Below, one piece after another: positions 61,166 through 61,754 of a stretch of 61,754 nucleotides of DNA (the first letter of the stretch is position 1; each line of letters begins with the position of its first letter). Origin of the DNA: a virus; the IMG/VR virus record IMGVR_UViG_3300044983_000045, positions 1 to 61,754 of that record. One strand, given 5' to 3'. The notes beneath the pieces are model-generated. The model did not search any database. It was given only the letters and a program-made list of their open reading frames with translations, and was not told the DNA's origin. The translations under genes were made by a program, and so were the position numbers.

Positions 61166-61279
61166 ACCGCACGGAACCGCACACAACCCACAAGAAGACC
61201 TGATCGGTCCTCCCTCACTATAAAGGCCACGGCTCAGCGGTGTCACGCGTGAGCCCTACCTTTGCCTTATGGCTGAACA

Positions 61280-61754
61280 ATGACGACGCGGAAGGTTCCG
61301 TTCACAGGTACAGGTGATTCGACCGCCGACATTAAGGTCGATCCGGTTGCTGGTGAAGACATCCAGGTCGTCAAACTTGACCTTGGCGGCACGAACCTAA
61401 GCGTCCCGATTGTCGCCGGCCAGCAACTCGCGGCTGGATCGGTCCCGGTCGTTCTGACGGCCGCTCAGGTCACGACTCTAACGCCGCCTGCAGCAATTAC
61501 CGGATACGCGACCAGCGCCAAGCAGGATACCGCGCAGACGTCGTTGACGAGCATCGACGGGAAAACACCAGCGCTCGGCCAGGCGCTGGCCGCGGCCTCA
61601 GTGCCAGTCATTCTGCCCTCAGCGACCATTACGACACTGACGCCGCCGGCCGCGATTACTGGGTTTGCGACATCGGCCAAGCAGGACACGCTGCAGACGT
61701 CCGTCGATGCCATCAATACGAAGACTCCTGCGCTCGGTCAAGCGCTGGCGGCGG
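61280..61754 (+). CDS. Tail-fibre-like repeat protein, 5' part (continues at base 128 of the window via the circular junction)
   Basis: ATG 61280. The frame stays open to the contig end and is in phase with frame 1 at the contig start. Confidence 0.65.
   Translation, partial: MTTRKVPFTGTGDSTADIKVDPVAGEDIQVVKLDLGGTNLSVPIVAGQQLAAGSVPVVLTAAQVTTLTPPAAITGYATSAKQDTAQTSLTSIDGKTPALGQALAAASVPVILPSATITTLTPPAAITGFATSAKQDTLQTSVDAINTKTPALGQALAA
61472..61754 (+). repeat. 159-bp in-frame tandem repeat, copy 1 (61472-61630) and most of copy 2
   Basis: Period measured from ACGACTCTAACGCCGCC (61472) to ACGACACTGACGCCGCC (61631). Confidence 0.8.
61628..61754. repeat. Terminal redundancy, right copy (identical to 1-127)
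   Basis: Exact 127-nt identity with the contig start. Confidence 0.9.

Noticed and set aside
61211-61227. T3/T7-like promoter look-alike (TCCCTCACTATAAAGGC) upstream of the fibre gene
   Set aside because: No single-subunit phage RNA polymerase gene is present and the sequence occurs only once, so it is probably coincidental. The adjacent hairpin GGCTCAGCG...CGCGTGAGCC (61231-61255) may be a terminator, but it is weak.

Overview
GC-rich 61,754-nt contig whose first 127 nt are identical to its last 127 nt. I read it as a complete, circularly closed temperate siphovirus-like phage or prophage genome of 61,627 nt. All calls come from reading the sequence and ORF translations by eye; no searches were run.

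Layout: almost everything is on the + strand, with many ATGA/GTGA start-stop overlaps.
- 61280 -> junction -> 2666: tail-fibre-like repeat protein and small virion-type ORFs.
- 2717-12902: an 11-gene nucleotide-sugar biosynthesis island. It has a split transketolase, a GmhA-like SIS isomerase, a fused nucleotidyltransferase + PfkB kinase, four oxidoreductases, three methyltransferases (one a TylCIII-like C-methyltransferase) and an embedded RHH gene.
- 12895-37355: HK97-type packaging, head and tail module. It runs HNH, P27-type TerS, TerL, portal, prohead protease, major capsid, connector genes, major tail protein, G/GT chaperone with an A_AAA_AAC -1 slippery site, tape measure and distal tail proteins. 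Three cytoplasmic glycosyltransferases (GT41/OGT-like, GT2, CgeB-like GT1) and an extra HNH gene interrupt it.
- 37371-38671: small membrane proteins and a secreted PAP2 phosphatase.
- 38672-39112 (minus strand): array of five tRNAs.
- 41904-45513 (minus strand): lysogeny block with a GT-C-type membrane glycosyltransferase, an attP candidate (3' half of tRNA-Gly(CCC)), tyrosine integrase and a CI-like repressor.
- 45614-61165: early region with a Cro-like gene, a ParB-like + DGQHR/DndB-like pair, a putative annealing protein, HNH and VRR-NUC nucleases, two C5-cytosine methyltransferases and many small Cys-rich ORFs.

Most interesting observations:
1. A phage-borne glycosylation system: the sugar island, four glycosyltransferases and PAP2.
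2. Both C5-methyltransferase genes carry long +1-frame ORFs with their own conserved-looking motifs.
3. Three tRNAs have Leu anticodons but short variable regions.
4. Reiterated gene-boundary cassettes occur in the early region.

No CRISPR array, rRNA, transposase or recognisable endolysin was found.
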